Made by a program: the position numbers and the translations under genes
In this document: piece by piece, positions 8,715 through 18,583 of the stretch
How the letters are laid out: each line of letters opens with the position of its first letter
How positions within the stretch are numbered: the stretch's first letter is position 1
The notes under the pieces: generated by a model
Told to the model about the DNA's origin: nothing
The model's input: only the letters and a program-made list of their open reading frames with translations
The model's database searches: none
Assembly (NCBI GenBank): GCA_033762115.1
Contig: JANRLX010000097.1
Span: 1 to 19,650, forward strand
From: Verrucomicrobiota bacterium
GTDB taxonomy: Bacteria; Verrucomicrobiota; Verrucomicrobiia; Limisphaerales; SXQI01
Length of the DNA: 19,650 bases
Direction: 5' to 3'

Positions 8715-8742
8715 TTCCAATCTGCCGCGGTTCGCGTATGCT
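8715..8742 (+). promoter_or_regulatory. Possible sigma70-type promoter for the M3 peptidase operon
   Basis: TTCCAA (8715-8720), N16, TATGCT (8737-8742), ending 8 nt before ATG 8751. GGAGA also lies at 8743-8747. Confidence 0.3.
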
Positions 8743-8750
8743 GGAGATCA

Positions 8751-10493
8751 ATGAGTTTGTTGCCATTTAAAGAGTTGCCCACTTACGCCCCAAGAACATT
8801 TGTCCCCGTGCAAATCGATCTTGGAAACTGGGCTGAAGTCTCCTCCCTGTTTGATCGTTTGGAAGCACAACTGCAGAATGTCTCCTCCCCCTCGGAACTC
8901 GAAAAATGGCTCCTGGCATGGAGCGAGGTGAATGCCGCCATTGATGAGGAGGGTTCCCGCCGTTATATCGCCATGACCTGCCACACCGACAACCCGGACG
9001 CAGAAAAGGCTTACATTCATTTTGTTGAGACCCTTGAACCACAACTGAAACCGCGTCAGTTCAAGCTCGACCAGCTTTACCTCGCCCACCCTCTCCGGCA
9101 TCAACTGCCGGTGGACCGTTACCATGTTTTCAACCGCCATACCGAAGTTCGGATTGAGCTTTACCGGGATGAAAATGTTCCCCTTGAAACCGAGGAAGCC
9201 AAACTCGGCCAGCAATACCAAAAATTAAGCGGCTCCCTCACAGTCCAATTCCGCGGCGAGGAAAAGACCCTCATCCAGATGGGCCCCTACCTCGAAGAAC
9301 CGGACCGGGCCTTGCGTGAGGAAGCATGGCAGCTTGTCGCCCGTCGTCGCCTCCAGGAAAAAGAGAAGTTCGAGGAACTCTTTGATCAACTGGTAGCTCT
9401 TCGTGAGAAAATCGCGACCAATGCCGGGTTTAAAAATTATCGCGATTATGCATTCCGCGCCCGGGCGCGCTTCGATTACACCCCGGAGGATTGCTACCAG
9501 TTTCATGATGCCATCGAGAAACAACTCATGCCGCTGCTACGGGAATTGCAGAAGGATCGCAAAGCAAAGCTCGGCCTTCCCTCCCTCCGGCCATGGGACC
9601 TCTCAGTCGATCCTGAGAACAAGCCGCCGCTCCGTCCTTTCGACAAAGTGGAAACGATGGTTGAAAAAACCCAGCGCATTTTTGACCAGCTCGATTCCGG
9701 CCTGGCTGGCGGTTTTCGCCAGATGAACGATCTCCAACTGCTCGATCTGGCCAACCGCAAGGGCAAAGCGCCCGGTGGATATCAATCCACCCTCTCAGAA
9801 TCCCGCCTTCCCTTCATTTTCATGAATGCGGTCGGCGTCCAGCGCGATGTGGAAACCATCCTCCACGAAGCAGGGCATGCGTTTCATGCCCTTGCCGCCC
9901 GGCAGGAGGATTTGCATCCCTACCGCCATGCCCCCATTGAATTTTGTGAAGTCGCCTCCATGAGCATGGAGCTTCTTGGCAATGAATTCCTTGAACAGTT
10001 CTATAACAAGGATGACGCACGCCGGGCCCGCATGGAGCATCTCGAGGGGATCGTGGAAATTTTTCCATGGATCGCCACGGTCGATGCCTTCCAGCATTGG
10101 ATTTACACACATCCCGGCCACACTCGTGAAGAACGGCGTAACGCCTGGCTCCAACTGATGGACCGCTTCGGAGGGGATGTGGACTGGAGCGGCCTGGAAG
10201 AGGTGCGGGCCAATCTTTGGCAACGGCAACTGCATATTTTTCTCTATCCCTTTTATTATATCGAATACGGGATCGCACAGCTTGGGGCTTTGCAAATTTG
10301 GGCCAATTCAAAGCGTGACAAGGTCAAAGCCCTGAAAGATTACCAGGCCGGGCTGGCCCTCGGAGGCTCACGCCCGCTCCCGGAACTTTTTCAACGGGCT
10401 GGTTGCCACTTTGATTTCAGCGCGACCACTGTTGAGCCTTTGATGAAACTGCTCCAGGCTGAACTTTCAAAATTAAGGAATGAACGTGAGTAA
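8751..10493 (+). CDS. M3 family oligoendopeptidase (PepF/M3B-like), cytoplasmic
   Basis: Zinc motif '[10 protein letters not shown]', third ligand '[11 protein letters not shown]', plus 'LRPWD', 'KGKAPGGY', 'PFIFMN', '[21 protein letters not shown]'. ATG 8751 (preceded by GGAGA) is preferred to 8697. Confidence 0.92.
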   Translation: MSLLPFKELPTYAPRTFVPVQIDLGNWAEVSSLFDRLEAQLQNVSSPSELEKWLLAWSEVNAAIDEEGSRRYIAMTCHTDNPDAEKAYIHFVETLEPQLKPRQFKLDQLYLAHPLRHQLPVDRYHVFNRHTEVRIELYRDENVPLETEEAKLGQQYQKLSGSLTVQFRGEEKTLIQMGPYLEEPDRALREEAWQLVARRRLQEKEKFEELFDQLVALREKIATNAGFKNYRDYAFRARARFDYTPEDCYQFHDAIEKQLMPLLRELQKDRKAKLGLPSLRPWDLSVDPENKPPLRPFDKVETMVEKTQRIFDQLDSGLAGGFRQMNDLQLLDLANRKGKAPGGYQSTLSESRLPFIFMNAVGVQRDVETILHEAGHAFHALAARQEDLHPYRHAPIEFCEVASMSMELLGNEFLEQFYNKDDARRARMEHLEGIVEIFPWIATVDAFQHWIYTHPGHTREERRNAWLQLMDRFGGDVDWSGLEEVRANLWQRQLHIFLYPFYYIEYGIAQLGALQIWANSKRDKVKALKDYQAGLALGGSRPLPELFQRAGCHFDFSATTVEPLMKLLQAELSKLRNERE

Positions 10494-11688
10494 TACCATC
10501 ACCGCCCAGCTCCCCGATGCCCAGGGACATTTCGGCAAATACGGCGGACGTTATGTGCCGGAAACGCTGATGCACCCGCTCCAGGAACTCGAAACAGAAT
10601 ATTCCCGTGCGCAGGGTGATCCTGAATACCAGAGGGAGCTTCAGTATTACCTCAAGGAATTCTGCGGGCGACCCACCCCGCTTTATTTTGCTGAACGATT
10701 GACCCGTGAATTGGGCGGCGCAAAAATTTATCTCAAACGTGAGGATTTGCTCCACACCGGCGCACACAAAATAAACAATGCCATCGGGCAGATTCTCCTC
10801 GCCAGGCGCATGGGCAAAACACGCATCATCGCTGAAACCGGGGCCGGCCAGCATGGAGTGGCCACCGCGACCGTCAGCGCCATGTTCGGGTTAAAATGCG
10901 TCATTTACATGGGCGCAGTTGATTGCGAACGGCAGGCTTTGAATGTGTTTCGCATGAAAATGCTCGGCGCGGAAGTTGTTCCTGTCCACGCCGGTCAGAA
11001 AACGTTGAAGGAAGCTGTGAACGAAGCCATGCGCGATTGGGTCACCAACGTCCGCAGCACTCATTATATTCTCGGCACCGCCTACGGCGCGCACCCCTAT
11101 CCTGTGATGGTTCGAAATTTCCAGCGCGTCATCGGCGATGAAGCCCGCCGCCAGATTCTTGAAAAGGAAAAGCGCCTGCCTGACCTTCTCATCGCCTGTG
11201 TCGGTGGTGGATCGAACGCCATCGGACTCTTCTATCCTTTTCTTGAAGATTCCTCCGTCCGGATGCTCGGGATCGAGGCAGGCGGCGAAGGCATCCAGCC
11301 CGAAAAACATGCGGCGCGGTTTCAGGGCGGCTCCCTTGGAGTCCTTCAAGGCACCCGCTCCTACATTTTGCAGGACGAGAATGGCCAGATCCAACTCACC
11401 CACAGCGTCTCTGCCGGGCTGGACTACGCCGCAGTCGGCCCCGAACATGCCTGGTTGCGCGACGAAAACCGCGTGCAATACGGCTACGCCACCGATGACC
11501 AGGCCCTTTCCGCCTTCTCCCGCCTTGCAAGACTGGAAGGGATCATTCCTGCTCTGGAATCCTCCCATGCCCTCGCTGCGGTCATCCAGGAAGCGCCAAA
11601 AATGTCAAAGGACCAGCTGGTCATCGTCAACCTCTCGGGCAGGGGGGACAAGGATGTCTCCCAGGTCGCTCAAAAGATAACATTGTAA
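10480..11688 (+). CDS. trpB: Tryptophan synthase beta chain (TrpB1 type)
   Basis: '[13 protein letters not shown]', PLP lysine motif '[15 protein letters not shown]', 'AETGAGQHG', 'CVGGGSN', 'SAGLDY..VGPEH', 'PALESSHA', 'NLSGRGDKD'. The true start may be in-frame GTG 10486 (AAGGA at 10475-10479). Confidence 0.97.
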   Translation: MNVSNTITAQLPDAQGHFGKYGGRYVPETLMHPLQELETEYSRAQGDPEYQRELQYYLKEFCGRPTPLYFAERLTRELGGAKIYLKREDLLHTGAHKINNAIGQILLARRMGKTRIIAETGAGQHGVATATVSAMFGLKCVIYMGAVDCERQALNVFRMKMLGAEVVPVHAGQKTLKEAVNEAMRDWVTNVRSTHYILGTAYGAHPYPVMVRNFQRVIGDEARRQILEKEKRLPDLLIACVGGGSNAIGLFYPFLEDSSVRMLGIEAGGEGIQPEKHAARFQGGSLGVLQGTRSYILQDENGQIQLTHSVSAGLDYAAVGPEHAWLRDENRVQYGYATDDQALSAFSRLARLEGIIPALESSHALAAVIQEAPKMSKDQLVIVNLSGRGDKDVSQVAQKITL

Positions 11689-11699
11689 TTTAAAATCCC

Positions 11700-13481
11700 A
11701 TGAAATCGCTTGAACTCCGGTTGTTGATTTTGCTCCTGACCGCCAGCCTCGGAATCGCTGCCGAGATCAGGGAGGATGCCGCTGAATTCCTCAAAATGTA
11801 CAACAGCATCGTTCAACCTCTCTCTCGTGTGGCAAACGAAGCTGCATGGCAGGCAGCCATCGACGTCACCGATGAACACACCGGCACCCGGATCGGCTCT
11901 GCTGAGGCCCTTTCGACCTTTGCCGGAAGTGTTTACGTTATCGAGAAATCAAAAAAACTTCTCGCTCACAAGGATCAGCTTGATGACCTGACCGTCCGCC
12001 AATTGGAGGCCATCCTTTTGGGGGCGGCAGAGAGTCCCGGCACCATTCCGGAAATCATTGCGGAAAAAGTCCGGGCGGAAGCCCGCCAGCAATCAGCCCA
12101 GGACAGCTTTGTTTTTCAATACAAAACCAGCAGCGGCAGCAGCAACATTGTCACCCCCAACATCATCACCGATATCCTGATCAAATCCACAAACATGGAG
12201 GAACGCCGCGCCATCTGGGAAGCCTCCAGGGAAATCGGGATTCCACTCCGTCCAGGCCTGGTCAACCTCCAGCGACTCCGAAACCGCGTCGCGCAGGAAA
12301 TGGGCTTCAACTCCTACTTTGCCATGAAGGTCGCCGATTTCGGGATGTCCGTGGAGGAAATGAAAGCCCTCACTGAACGTCTCTTTACTGACATTCGGCC
12401 TCTCTACGAACAACTCCATTGCTGGGCCCGCCATCGCCTCGCCGAACGCTACGGCCAGCCGATTCCAAAAACGATTCCCGCACACTGGCTTGGAAACCGC
12501 TGGGGACAGGAATGGCCCGGCCTCGTCAAAGGCACTGCCCTCGAAGGAGACATCAAGAAAACGCCGGAATGGATCGTTGAACAGGGAGAACGCTTTTATG
12601 TCTCCCTCGGCTGGCAGCAATTGCCCAAATCGTTCTATGCCAAATCAGATCTTTATGAGCTGCCCAGCGGCGACCCACGCAGGAAAAACACCCACGCATC
12701 CGCATGGCACATTGACCTGGAAAATGATGTGCGCTCGATCATGAGTGTGAAATCTGACTTTGCCTGGCTTGAAACCACCCATCACGAACTGGGACACATT
12801 TATTATTACCTCGCTTACTCGAACCCCAACGTCCCGGTGCTCCTCCGCACCGGTGCCAACCGCGCCTTTCATGAAGCCATCGGTGATCTGATCGGAATTG
12901 CCGCCCGCCAGGTTCCCTACCTCAAGGAGATCGGCCTCATCGATCCCGCCGCAAAAATCAATTCACTCGATTATCTTCTCGATGAAGCGCTTCAAGCGAT
13001 CGTTTTCATTCCCTGGTCCGCCGGCGTCATGACCTCATGGGAACATGATTTTTATGAACTCAACCTTCCCACCAACCAATACAACCAGCGCTGGTGGGAA
13101 TATGTCGCAAAATACCAGGGGATCACCCCTCCCGAGCCGCGTGACGAGCGTTTTTGTGATCCAGCCACCAAGACCCACATCAATGATGATGCTGCGGAGT
13201 ATTACGATTATGCGCTCGCCTTCGCGATCAAGTACCAATTGCACATGCACATTGCCAAAAACATCCTCAAACAGGACCCGCGCAGCTGCAACTACTACGG
13301 GAACCAGGAAGTGGGCCGGTTTCTCTGGGAAATCCTGAAAGTTGGAAAAACCGCGGATTGGCGAAAGCTCCTCCAGGAAACCACAGGCCAGGAAATCAGC
13401 GCCCAACCCATGCTCGAATATTTTCAGCCTCTCATGGCCTACTTGAAAAAAGAAAACGAAGGTCGCACCGTTGGCTGGTAA
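11700..13481 (+). CDS. M2 family metallopeptidase (peptidyl-dipeptidase A, ACE-like), secreted
   Basis: Signal peptide MKSLELRLLILLLTASLGIAA. Motifs 'IPAHWLGNRWGQEW', 'HASAW', zinc motif 'HHELGHIYY', 'RTGANRAFHEAIGD', 'NQRWW', 'DPATKTH', 'MLEYFQPL' align with the ACE family. Confidence 0.93.
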   Translation: MKSLELRLLILLLTASLGIAAEIREDAAEFLKMYNSIVQPLSRVANEAAWQAAIDVTDEHTGTRIGSAEALSTFAGSVYVIEKSKKLLAHKDQLDDLTVRQLEAILLGAAESPGTIPEIIAEKVRAEARQQSAQDSFVFQYKTSSGSSNIVTPNIITDILIKSTNMEERRAIWEASREIGIPLRPGLVNLQRLRNRVAQEMGFNSYFAMKVADFGMSVEEMKALTERLFTDIRPLYEQLHCWARHRLAERYGQPIPKTIPAHWLGNRWGQEWPGLVKGTALEGDIKKTPEWIVEQGERFYVSLGWQQLPKSFYAKSDLYELPSGDPRRKNTHASAWHIDLENDVRSIMSVKSDFAWLETTHHELGHIYYYLAYSNPNVPVLLRTGANRAFHEAIGDLIGIAARQVPYLKEIGLIDPAAKINSLDYLLDEALQAIVFIPWSAGVMTSWEHDFYELNLPTNQYNQRWWEYVAKYQGITPPEPRDERFCDPATKTHINDDAAEYYDYALAFAIKYQLHMHIAKNILKQDPRSCNYYGNQEVGRFLWEILKVGKTADWRKLLQETTGQEISAQPMLEYFQPLMAYLKKENEGRTVGW

Positions 13482-13483
13482 CG

Positions 13484-14986
13484 TCACCCAGTCGCTGCCG
13501 GGAGCTTGATCCAAAACAAACTTCCCTCCCCCGGCAGTGACTCAACTCCCAGTTCGCCATTCAGCCGAATCACTGCCCGCTTGACGATTGCCAGTCCGAT
13601 CCCCGTCCCTGAATACGTTTCGGCAGAGTGCAGCTTCTCGAAAATTCCAAAAATTCGCCCATGATGCTCCGGGTTGATCCCTATCCCCGCATCCTGTACC
13701 TCCACCCGGACAAAACCCCCGCTCTGATGGGAACGGATTTGCACAAACGGACGATCTCCCGGCTTCACAAACTTCACCGCATTCCCGATCAAGTTCAAAA
13801 ACACCTGGGTCAGGCTCGCCTCATGTCCCAGCACAATTCCCAATGGTTGCTGCAACTCGATCCGCGAATCAGGTGAGATGAAATGCCGTTGCTGATGCAC
13901 AATCTGCTCCAGCAACTCATCAAGGTTCACCGCTTTCAACTCAATCGGCGATCGGGACAACCGGCTGTAGGCGAGAATGTCCTGGATCAACTGGTCCAGG
14001 CGCGCACCCGACGATTTGATTCGCCTTAGATATTCCAACGCCTCTTCATTCAGGTTCGAGGCATAATCATCCAGGAGCAATTGCGCGTAACCATTCATCG
14101 CACGCAATGGAGAACGCAGGTCATGCGAGACCGAATACGAAAACGCCTCCAGTTCAGCCACTGTTTCCTGGAGCTTCGCGGTCCGCTCCCGGATATGCGA
14201 TTCCAGTTCTTCGGTCTGCGCTGCCAGCCGCGCATTGGCCAATCGCAACTCCTCCGCTTTCGCCCGTTTTTCCGTCACGTCCGAGATGATCACCACCAGA
14301 TTGGAAACTGCCCTATCCTCAGATTGCACAGGGGTGATCGTGAATTCCTGCCATCTCTGATTCATTTCAATCACTGCCCCTGTTTCTGACTTCCCGTTAA
14401 AGGCCTCCTTCACAATCTGCTTCAGTTCAGGAAACGGGAATGCCTCGCTGAAACAGGTTTCCGGGGACGCTTCGAAGGTGCTCACAAAAGCTCGATTTCT
14501 GCGCACGATCTTTCCTTCAGGACTGATCAGGCACACCGCGTCCGAAATGGCGTCAAACGTCTTCTGCCATTCCGCTGCCAGCGCCCGTGCGGACATCTCA
14601 GCTTCCCGCATCCGCAGGAGTGATCGCACCATCGCAAAAAGTTCCTCCGGCTCAAATGGCGCCGTAATATAACCATCCGCTCCCCCTTCCAATCCTTTGA
14701 TTTTTTTCTCCGAACTGGTGAAATTCGCCGAAGTCTGAAGCACCGGGATCGATGCCGTGGCAGGATTCGCCTTAAGCTGGCGACAGACATCAAACCCGAG
14801 GATATCCGGCAACTGAACGTCCAGGATGATCAGGTTTGGCTGGCTGAGCGAAAGTTCCAATGCTTCCCTGCCGGTACCTGCCTCAAGCAGGGTAAATCCC
14901 TTCTTCATCAGGTAGCGGGACAAAATGTAACGATTCTGCGCATTGTCATCCACCACCAGGATCGTTAAGCCTACTCCTTCAGGCAT
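13484..14986 (-). CDS. Hybrid histidine kinase: REC - PAS-like - coiled coil - HisKA - HATPase
   Basis: REC 'ILVVDD...IILDVQLPD...VLQTSA'. PAS-like 'WQKTFDAISDAVCLISPEGKIVRRN'. H-box 'FSYSVSHDLRSPL', N-box 'NLIGNAVKF', 'DAGIGI', 'GTGIGLAIV'. Confidence 0.92.
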   Translation of the reverse strand: MPEGVGLTILVVDDNAQNRYILSRYLMKKGFTLLEAGTGREALELSLSQPNLIILDVQLPDILGFDVCRQLKANPATASIPVLQTSANFTSSEKKIKGLEGGADGYITAPFEPEELFAMVRSLLRMREAEMSARALAAEWQKTFDAISDAVCLISPEGKIVRRNRAFVSTFEASPETCFSEAFPFPELKQIVKEAFNGKSETGAVIEMNQRWQEFTITPVQSEDRAVSNLVVIISDVTEKRAKAEELRLANARLAAQTEELESHIRERTAKLQETVAELEAFSYSVSHDLRSPLRAMNGYAQLLLDDYASNLNEEALEYLRRIKSSGARLDQLIQDILAYSRLSRSPIELKAVNLDELLEQIVHQQRHFISPDSRIELQQPLGIVLGHEASLTQVFLNLIGNAVKFVKPGDRPFVQIRSHQSGGFVRVEVQDAGIGINPEHHGRIFGIFEKLHSAETYSGTGIGLAIVKRAVIRLNGELGVESLPGEGSLFWIKLPAATG

Positions 14987-16790
14987 TTTGTGACTCCCTT
15001 CCGGACGCCAGATACCGCGTCAACATTGCGTCCATCCCATTCCCCGGGCCACCCACGACAAGCCAGTCCTTTGTCACCACCTCATTGCACACCTGAAGCA
15101 ATTCCTTCCTTTCAGAATCGGACAAGGTCCTCGAAGTATTCAAAACAATTGGAATGGTTTTTGTCTCCAGATTTGCCCGCAATTGCCGGGCCACACTCCC
15201 GCCATCCATTCCCGGCATGATCAGATCCAGGAAGATCAGTCCCGGTTTTTCAGCCTGTGCAAGCTCCAGCCCTGCCTTCCCATCCGCCGCTTCCAGCACC
15301 GTCCTTCCAGATGATTCCAGCCGCGTCTTCATGAAATAACGAATCGCCTCCTCATCCTCGACCACCAGAACAGGTTTTCCTCCGGCCTGCCCTGGTTTCA
15401 AATGACTGGAAATTTTACCTTCGTTTTCCTTCTGCTCCCGGGAACGCGACTGCTCATACTGGATCGGTATTGTCACAGAAAAAACCGAACCTTCCCCGGC
15501 CTTGCTTCTCGCCTCCACCATGCCGCCGAGCAACTCCGCCAGTTTTCGCGCCAGCGGCAACCCAAGCCCGGTCCCCTTTACTTTCCTTTGATGTTCTCCT
15601 TCCACCTGGACGAATTCTTCAAAAATCCTCCCAAGGTCCTGCTCCGCGATCCCGATTCCGCTGTCACTGACAGAGATCACCAGCTTCCCTTCCTCATTCA
15701 TCCGGCCCGCGACCCGGATTTCCCCCTTTTCAGTGTATTTCAGTGCGTTGGAGATAAAATTTCTCAGGATTTGGGAAAGCTTGCTTTCATCTGTGTAAAT
15801 TTCCGGCAATGAACTCGTATCCTCAAAAATCAGGCTCACTGCGCTGTTCGTCACCAACGGCCGCAACATCCCGCGCAATGCGCCGAAAAGTTCATTCAAT
15901 GAAAATGAACTCGCTTTCACCGTCACTTTCCCCGCCTCAACCTTGGCAATGTCCAGCAGGTCATTGACGAGATCACTCAAATCCATCGCGGCCCGGCGAA
16001 TATAATTCACCTGTTTCTCCTGTTCCGAAGTCAACGGGCCATCCAATCGATCCAGCAGCAGGCGGGACAGGCTTAAAATCGAATTCACCGGCGTGCGGAA
16101 TTCATGGGTCATATTCGACAGGAACTTCGTTTTGATTTCCGAGGCACGCCTCAGGTAATCAGCCCTTTCATCCAACTCCGCATAGAGCGCCACCACCCCC
16201 CGGTTCGTATCCTCCAACTCCCGATTCAACTCAGATAAATCCCGCTCTCGCCGTTCCAACTCGCTCATCGCGAGCAACAGTTCCTGGTTTTGCCTTTGGA
16301 TTTCGGAAGAAGTGTCATGTGACTCGGCCCCTTGCAATTGCGCCCGGATTCCCGCAATCGTTGTTTGCCCCAGCGTCATCCTGGTCGGCAACGGCCGCAT
16401 GACCTCCACCACTGTTCCCTTTCCCGGCGCTGTCTCAATCTTCACCACCTTCATCAGGCGATGCACCCCAAGTAATCCTAACCCCATCCCTGTGCTCGAC
16501 TGGTACCGCCCACCGAGAATCTGGCTCAACCGTTCCGGCTCGATTCCACGCCCCTCATCCCGCACCGTAATCAGCAATTGCGGCGGCATCTCATCCTGCG
16601 CCTCGAAAAACACCTTCCCTCGTTCCCCATACTGAAACGCATTCCTGGCAAGCTCTGAAACAGCTGTGGCAATTCTTGCCTGGTCCTGTGCGCTAAACCC
16701 GAGCAACTCCGAAATTTGCCGCGCCCGCTGCCGCGCAATCACCACGTCATTCTCGTGGCGCAGTTCCAGGCTGATAATCGGATGAATCAC
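14979..16790 (-). CDS. Hybrid kinase: N-terminal RsbT-like GHKL domain - coiled coil - HisKA - HATPase - REC
   Basis: N-terminal 'DVVIARQRAR...GFSAQDQARIATAVSELARN...DEGRGI...GMGLGL' parallels RsbT. H-box 'FLSNMTHEFRTP', 'NFISNALKY', 'DSGIGI', 'GTGLGL'. C-terminal REC 'VLVVED...IFLDLIMPGMDG...LNTS...TK'. GTG start. Confidence 0.92.
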   Translation of the reverse strand: MIHPIISLELRHENDVVIARQRARQISELLGFSAQDQARIATAVSELARNAFQYGERGKVFFEAQDEMPPQLLITVRDEGRGIEPERLSQILGGRYQSSTGMGLGLLGVHRLMKVVKIETAPGKGTVVEVMRPLPTRMTLGQTTIAGIRAQLQGAESHDTSSEIQRQNQELLLAMSELERRERDLSELNRELEDTNRGVVALYAELDERADYLRRASEIKTKFLSNMTHEFRTPVNSILSLSRLLLDRLDGPLTSEQEKQVNYIRRAAMDLSDLVNDLLDIAKVEAGKVTVKASSFSLNELFGALRGMLRPLVTNSAVSLIFEDTSSLPEIYTDESKLSQILRNFISNALKYTEKGEIRVAGRMNEEGKLVISVSDSGIGIAEQDLGRIFEEFVQVEGEHQRKVKGTGLGLPLARKLAELLGGMVEARSKAGEGSVFSVTIPIQYEQSRSREQKENEGKISSHLKPGQAGGKPVLVVEDEEAIRYFMKTRLESSGRTVLEAADGKAGLELAQAEKPGLIFLDLIMPGMDGGSVARQLRANLETKTIPIVLNTSRTLSDSERKELLQVCNEVVTKDWLVVGGPGNGMDAMLTRYLASGRESQNA

Positions 16791-16795
16791 GCGTC

Positions 16796-17809
16796 CTAAA
16801 AATTAATTTTCGCCACCAGCACCGTCACATCATCCCTTCCCCGCTGAAAATCCCGATACAAAAGCGCTGCAATCACTGCCGGGTCCCGCATCTGCAATTC
16901 ATTGTAGGAACCCAGGTCCCAACGCGTTTGCAATCCATCCGAGTGCATCACCAGCAGCGCATTCCGCGGAAATGGCTGGACGATTGTCTGCACCGTCCGC
17001 ATCTCCGCTCCCAACGTTCCGCTAAAGGATATCAGGCTTTTCGCCACTCCGGCTTTCACAACAACTCCTGCCACGTTTCCTATTCCACAGAAACTCACCT
17101 CTTGTTTCTCCTTGTCAATGGCTGCAATGGACGCTGCCGCCCCGCGAAATTTTCGTTGCGACAAATGCATCTCCCGCAATATCTCAGCAGGCGGTTTCCC
17201 CGCGTTAGCCTGGAACGTCGCAATCCCGTCTGCGGCTGCTTTTGATGCCTCCGGCCCATGCCCCAACCCATCAATCACCAGCAGTTGCGTGACCGGCCCT
17301 CTCTCATGCACAGCCACATTGTCCCCACACGCCACCTCTCCTTTCATGGGCAGGCATACCATCCCGAGTCTCAGGTTCTGCTTCTCCTCCACTCCATTTT
17401 TTAGGCAAAACCGGGCCAGCACCACCGTTCCATTCGTCGGCTTGCTCCACAGGTCAAACCCCGATGACAACCGCTGGATCGAACCCAACCCCGTACCCGG
17501 CGTTCCCGCCGTCGAGAACCCATCCTGAAGGCAGGCCCTCACATCTTTCATCCCCGGCCCCTTGTCAATTCCCAGCAAATCCAGTCCCGGCCCACCCTGC
17601 AAGTGAGGAGAAATCACAAAACTGCCCCCTCCCCCATGCTTGACCAGATTATTGGCAATTTCAGTGGCCACGATACTGATCCTTCCCACATCCGTCTCAT
17701 CAAACCCCAGCCGTGAACCCATCCCGATCGCCAGGCGGCGTGCTTCCCCCACCTGGGAATTCTCCTCCACGTTCAGGACCATTGAGACACCTGGCTGTTT
17801 TACTTCCAT
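16796..17809 (-). CDS. RsbT-like ATPase domain fused to a SpoIIE/PP2C phosphatase (RsbX-like)
   Basis: N-terminal 'VGEARR...ATEIANNLVKH...DKGPGM...GTGLG'. C-terminal PP2C metal motifs 'CGDN', 'IDGLGHG', 'MHSDGL', 'RDDVTV'. It occupies the rsbX position after rsbT. Confidence 0.88.
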   Translation of the reverse strand: MEVKQPGVSMVLNVEENSQVGEARRLAIGMGSRLGFDETDVGRISIVATEIANNLVKHGGGGSFVISPHLQGGPGLDLLGIDKGPGMKDVRACLQDGFSTAGTPGTGLGSIQRLSSGFDLWSKPTNGTVVLARFCLKNGVEEKQNLRLGMVCLPMKGEVACGDNVAVHERGPVTQLLVIDGLGHGPEASKAAADGIATFQANAGKPPAEILREMHLSQRKFRGAAASIAAIDKEKQEVSFCGIGNVAGVVVKAGVAKSLISFSGTLGAEMRTVQTIVQPFPRNALLVMHSDGLQTRWDLGSYNELQMRDPAVIAALLYRDFQRGRDDVTVLVAKINF

Positions 17810-18213
17810 CGGGCTATGACCACCCGGGTGCCTTCTCCCGGTTTACTTTCGATTTGGAACTCGTTGCTTAATCGCCGCGCCCCGCTCAATCCCAATCCCA
17901 ACCCATTCCCGGTGCTGTAACCATCCTTTAACGCCAGCTCGATGTCACCAATCCCCGGTCCCTGGTCCTCAAAAATCAAACGCAACCCACGCCGGTTCCC
18001 CTCCGTCAGCCATTCGAGCGTCATCACCCCCCCTTTGCCATAGATGATCGTGTTTCGCGCCAGTTCGCTTGCGGCAGTCACGATTTTCGTTTGATCCACA
18101 AGGCTGAACCCCATTTCTGTGGCCCATTGCCGAACCATCTGCCGCGCGCGCACAATATCCGACTCAGCCGCTAATTTTGCGCTCTCTGTCTTAACCAGCG
18201 GCATCCTCTTCAT
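17800..18213 (-). CDS. rsbT: Stressosome switch Ser/Thr kinase RsbT
   Basis: 'DIVRARQ', 'GFSLVDQTKIVTAASELARN', 'DQGPGI', 'DGYSTGNGLGLGL', 'GTRV...RW'. The start could be 18204. Confidence 0.93.
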   Translation of the reverse strand: MKRMPLVKTESAKLAAESDIVRARQMVRQWATEMGFSLVDQTKIVTAASELARNTIIYGKGGVMTLEWLTEGNRRGLRLIFEDQGPGIGDIELALKDGYSTGNGLGLGLSGARRLSNEFQIESKPGEGTRVVIARWK

Positions 18214-18583
18214 CCTCTCCCAGCCTTGGCGGCAGGCAACTGCGCAGTAAATCCATTCCCTTGTCCACGTTTAGCGCCGTCCGGATTCCCTCCAATGACA
18301 TCCCAAGCTCCACAAGCGTGATCGCGACCGCTGGCTGCATGCCCACAACCACCGTTTGCGCGTCCAAAACCCGAGACATCGCTGACATATTCGCCAGCAT
18401 TCGCCCAATGAATGAATCCACCACCTCCAACGATGAGATATCAATCAAAACCCCACGCGCACCCGTCGCATTGATCTGGCTCGTGAGATCATCCTGCAAC
18501 GTCAACGCAAGCTGGTCATGCATGTCCACCTGGATCGTCACCAGCAGGAACTCGCCCATTCGGAGAATTGGAATCCGCTCCAT
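18191..18583 (-). CDS. rsbS: Stressosome STAS antagonist RsbS
   Basis: 'RIPIL', 'GVLIDISSLEVVDSFIGR' (phospho-Ser equivalent to B. subtilis S59), 'GMQPAVAITLVELG', 'TALN'. Confidence 0.95.
   Translation of the reverse strand: MERIPILRMGEFLLVTIQVDMHDQLALTLQDDLTSQINATGARGVLIDISSLEVVDSFIGRMLANMSAMSRVLDAQTVVVGMQPAVAITLVELGMSLEGIRTALNVDKGMDLLRSCLPPRLGEDEEDAAG

Noticed and set aside
8697..8750. Upstream ATG for the M3 peptidase
   Set aside because: The extension covers the likely promoter/RBS region and is not a signal peptide; ATG 8751 is preferred.
10440..10490. Trp attenuator or T-box upstream of trpB
   Set aside because: trpB overlaps the preceding gene; there is no leader space, Trp-rich leader peptide or hairpin.
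10891..11680. 225-aa antisense and 180-aa alternate-frame ORFs
   Set aside because: Lie within trpB; shadow ORFs.
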